A stretch of 64,000 bases of DNA from the human T2T-CHM13v2.0 reference genome, Homo sapiens, in the NCBI RefSeq assembly GCF_009914755.1, contig NC_060929.1, one strand, 5' to 3'. Below the pieces are notes generated by a model. That model was not told where the DNA came from. It made no database searches and saw only the letters and a program-made list of their open reading frames with translations. Positions within the stretch are counted from its first letter, which is position 1. Every line of letters starts with the position of its first letter. Below are positions 62,901-64,000 of this stretch, piece after piece. The translations under genes were made by a program, and so were the position numbers.

Positions 62901-63085
62901 CGTGGTGTGCAACACATTCCAACTTGCAAGGGTCCACTGAATACCTCTTCCCAACTCTATGTTCAGTCATGTTGTGTTGGTGGCTTGAAATGGGCCATGG
63001 TGGCCCATTTCAAAGATCAGTAAATGCTACAAATGAGCCCCCACCACCTCCCCAGACAGCTAGTTGTTAAATATTTACCATAATA
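62901..63085 (+). mobile_element. MER63A-like hAT-Blackjack element
   Basis: gtggtgtgc..gttggtggcttgaaat.ggccatggt..aatgctacaaat..gttgttaaatatttacca. Confidence 0.6.
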
Positions 63086-63462
63086 CAAAAAATGTGAACT
63101 AAAATTCCAGTTAGATACTATGTTTGCCTAGAAATTAGCAAGGATTAACAGACAATCACAGTAAACTAAATTTTGATGCTGAAGGCATGTAAATTAGCTC
63201 AACCTTTTTGGAAAAGTATTTGGTAGTATGTATCAAGAGTCTTTCAGAAGCTTATATATTTCAATCTTATAAATCTACTACTGAAAATCTAGAGGAAATA
63301 ATCAGAGATGCATATAATGACCTGTGGGTGTTCATTTTAATATTATTTAAAGTAAAAATGTGAAAACTCCTAAAGTAGACAATATGAGGACTACAGTTAA
63401 ATAATATGTGTAATAATCATATGATGATATATAACAAAGCTATCAGAAAGTTTTGTTTTTAA

Positions 63463-64000
<538 letters not shown>

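Overview
Eukaryotic, primate (great-ape/human-like) gene-poor DNA made up mostly of transposable elements. I see no intact cellular protein-coding gene, RNA gene or CRISPR array, and I cannot name the host locus. Main contents: two full-length L1s in convergent orientation (L1PA4-like, + strand, 15902-22382, with an AluY inside ORF2; L1PA3-like, - strand, about 49120-55162, with intact ORF1, ORF0 and endonuclease domain), a 5'-truncated L1PA3-like copy, many older L1M/L2/MIR fragments, seven Alus, solo LTRs (MLT1, LTR16, MER11, LTR7), hAT elements, and two processed pseudogenes (MRPL39, RPL23A). I found no convincing new biological system. The best second-look items are: a 229-aa ORF0 read-through into flanking DNA; non-consensus variants shared between neighbouring L1 copies (possible local gene conversion); a roughly 220-bp templated insertion between two L1 3' ends; a template-switch-type hairpin at 45438-45522; and side-by-side L1 5'UTRs with and without the 129-bp ZNF93 segment. 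Subfamily calls come from remembered consensus features and need RepeatMasker/Dfam confirmation; boundaries of old elements are approximate.
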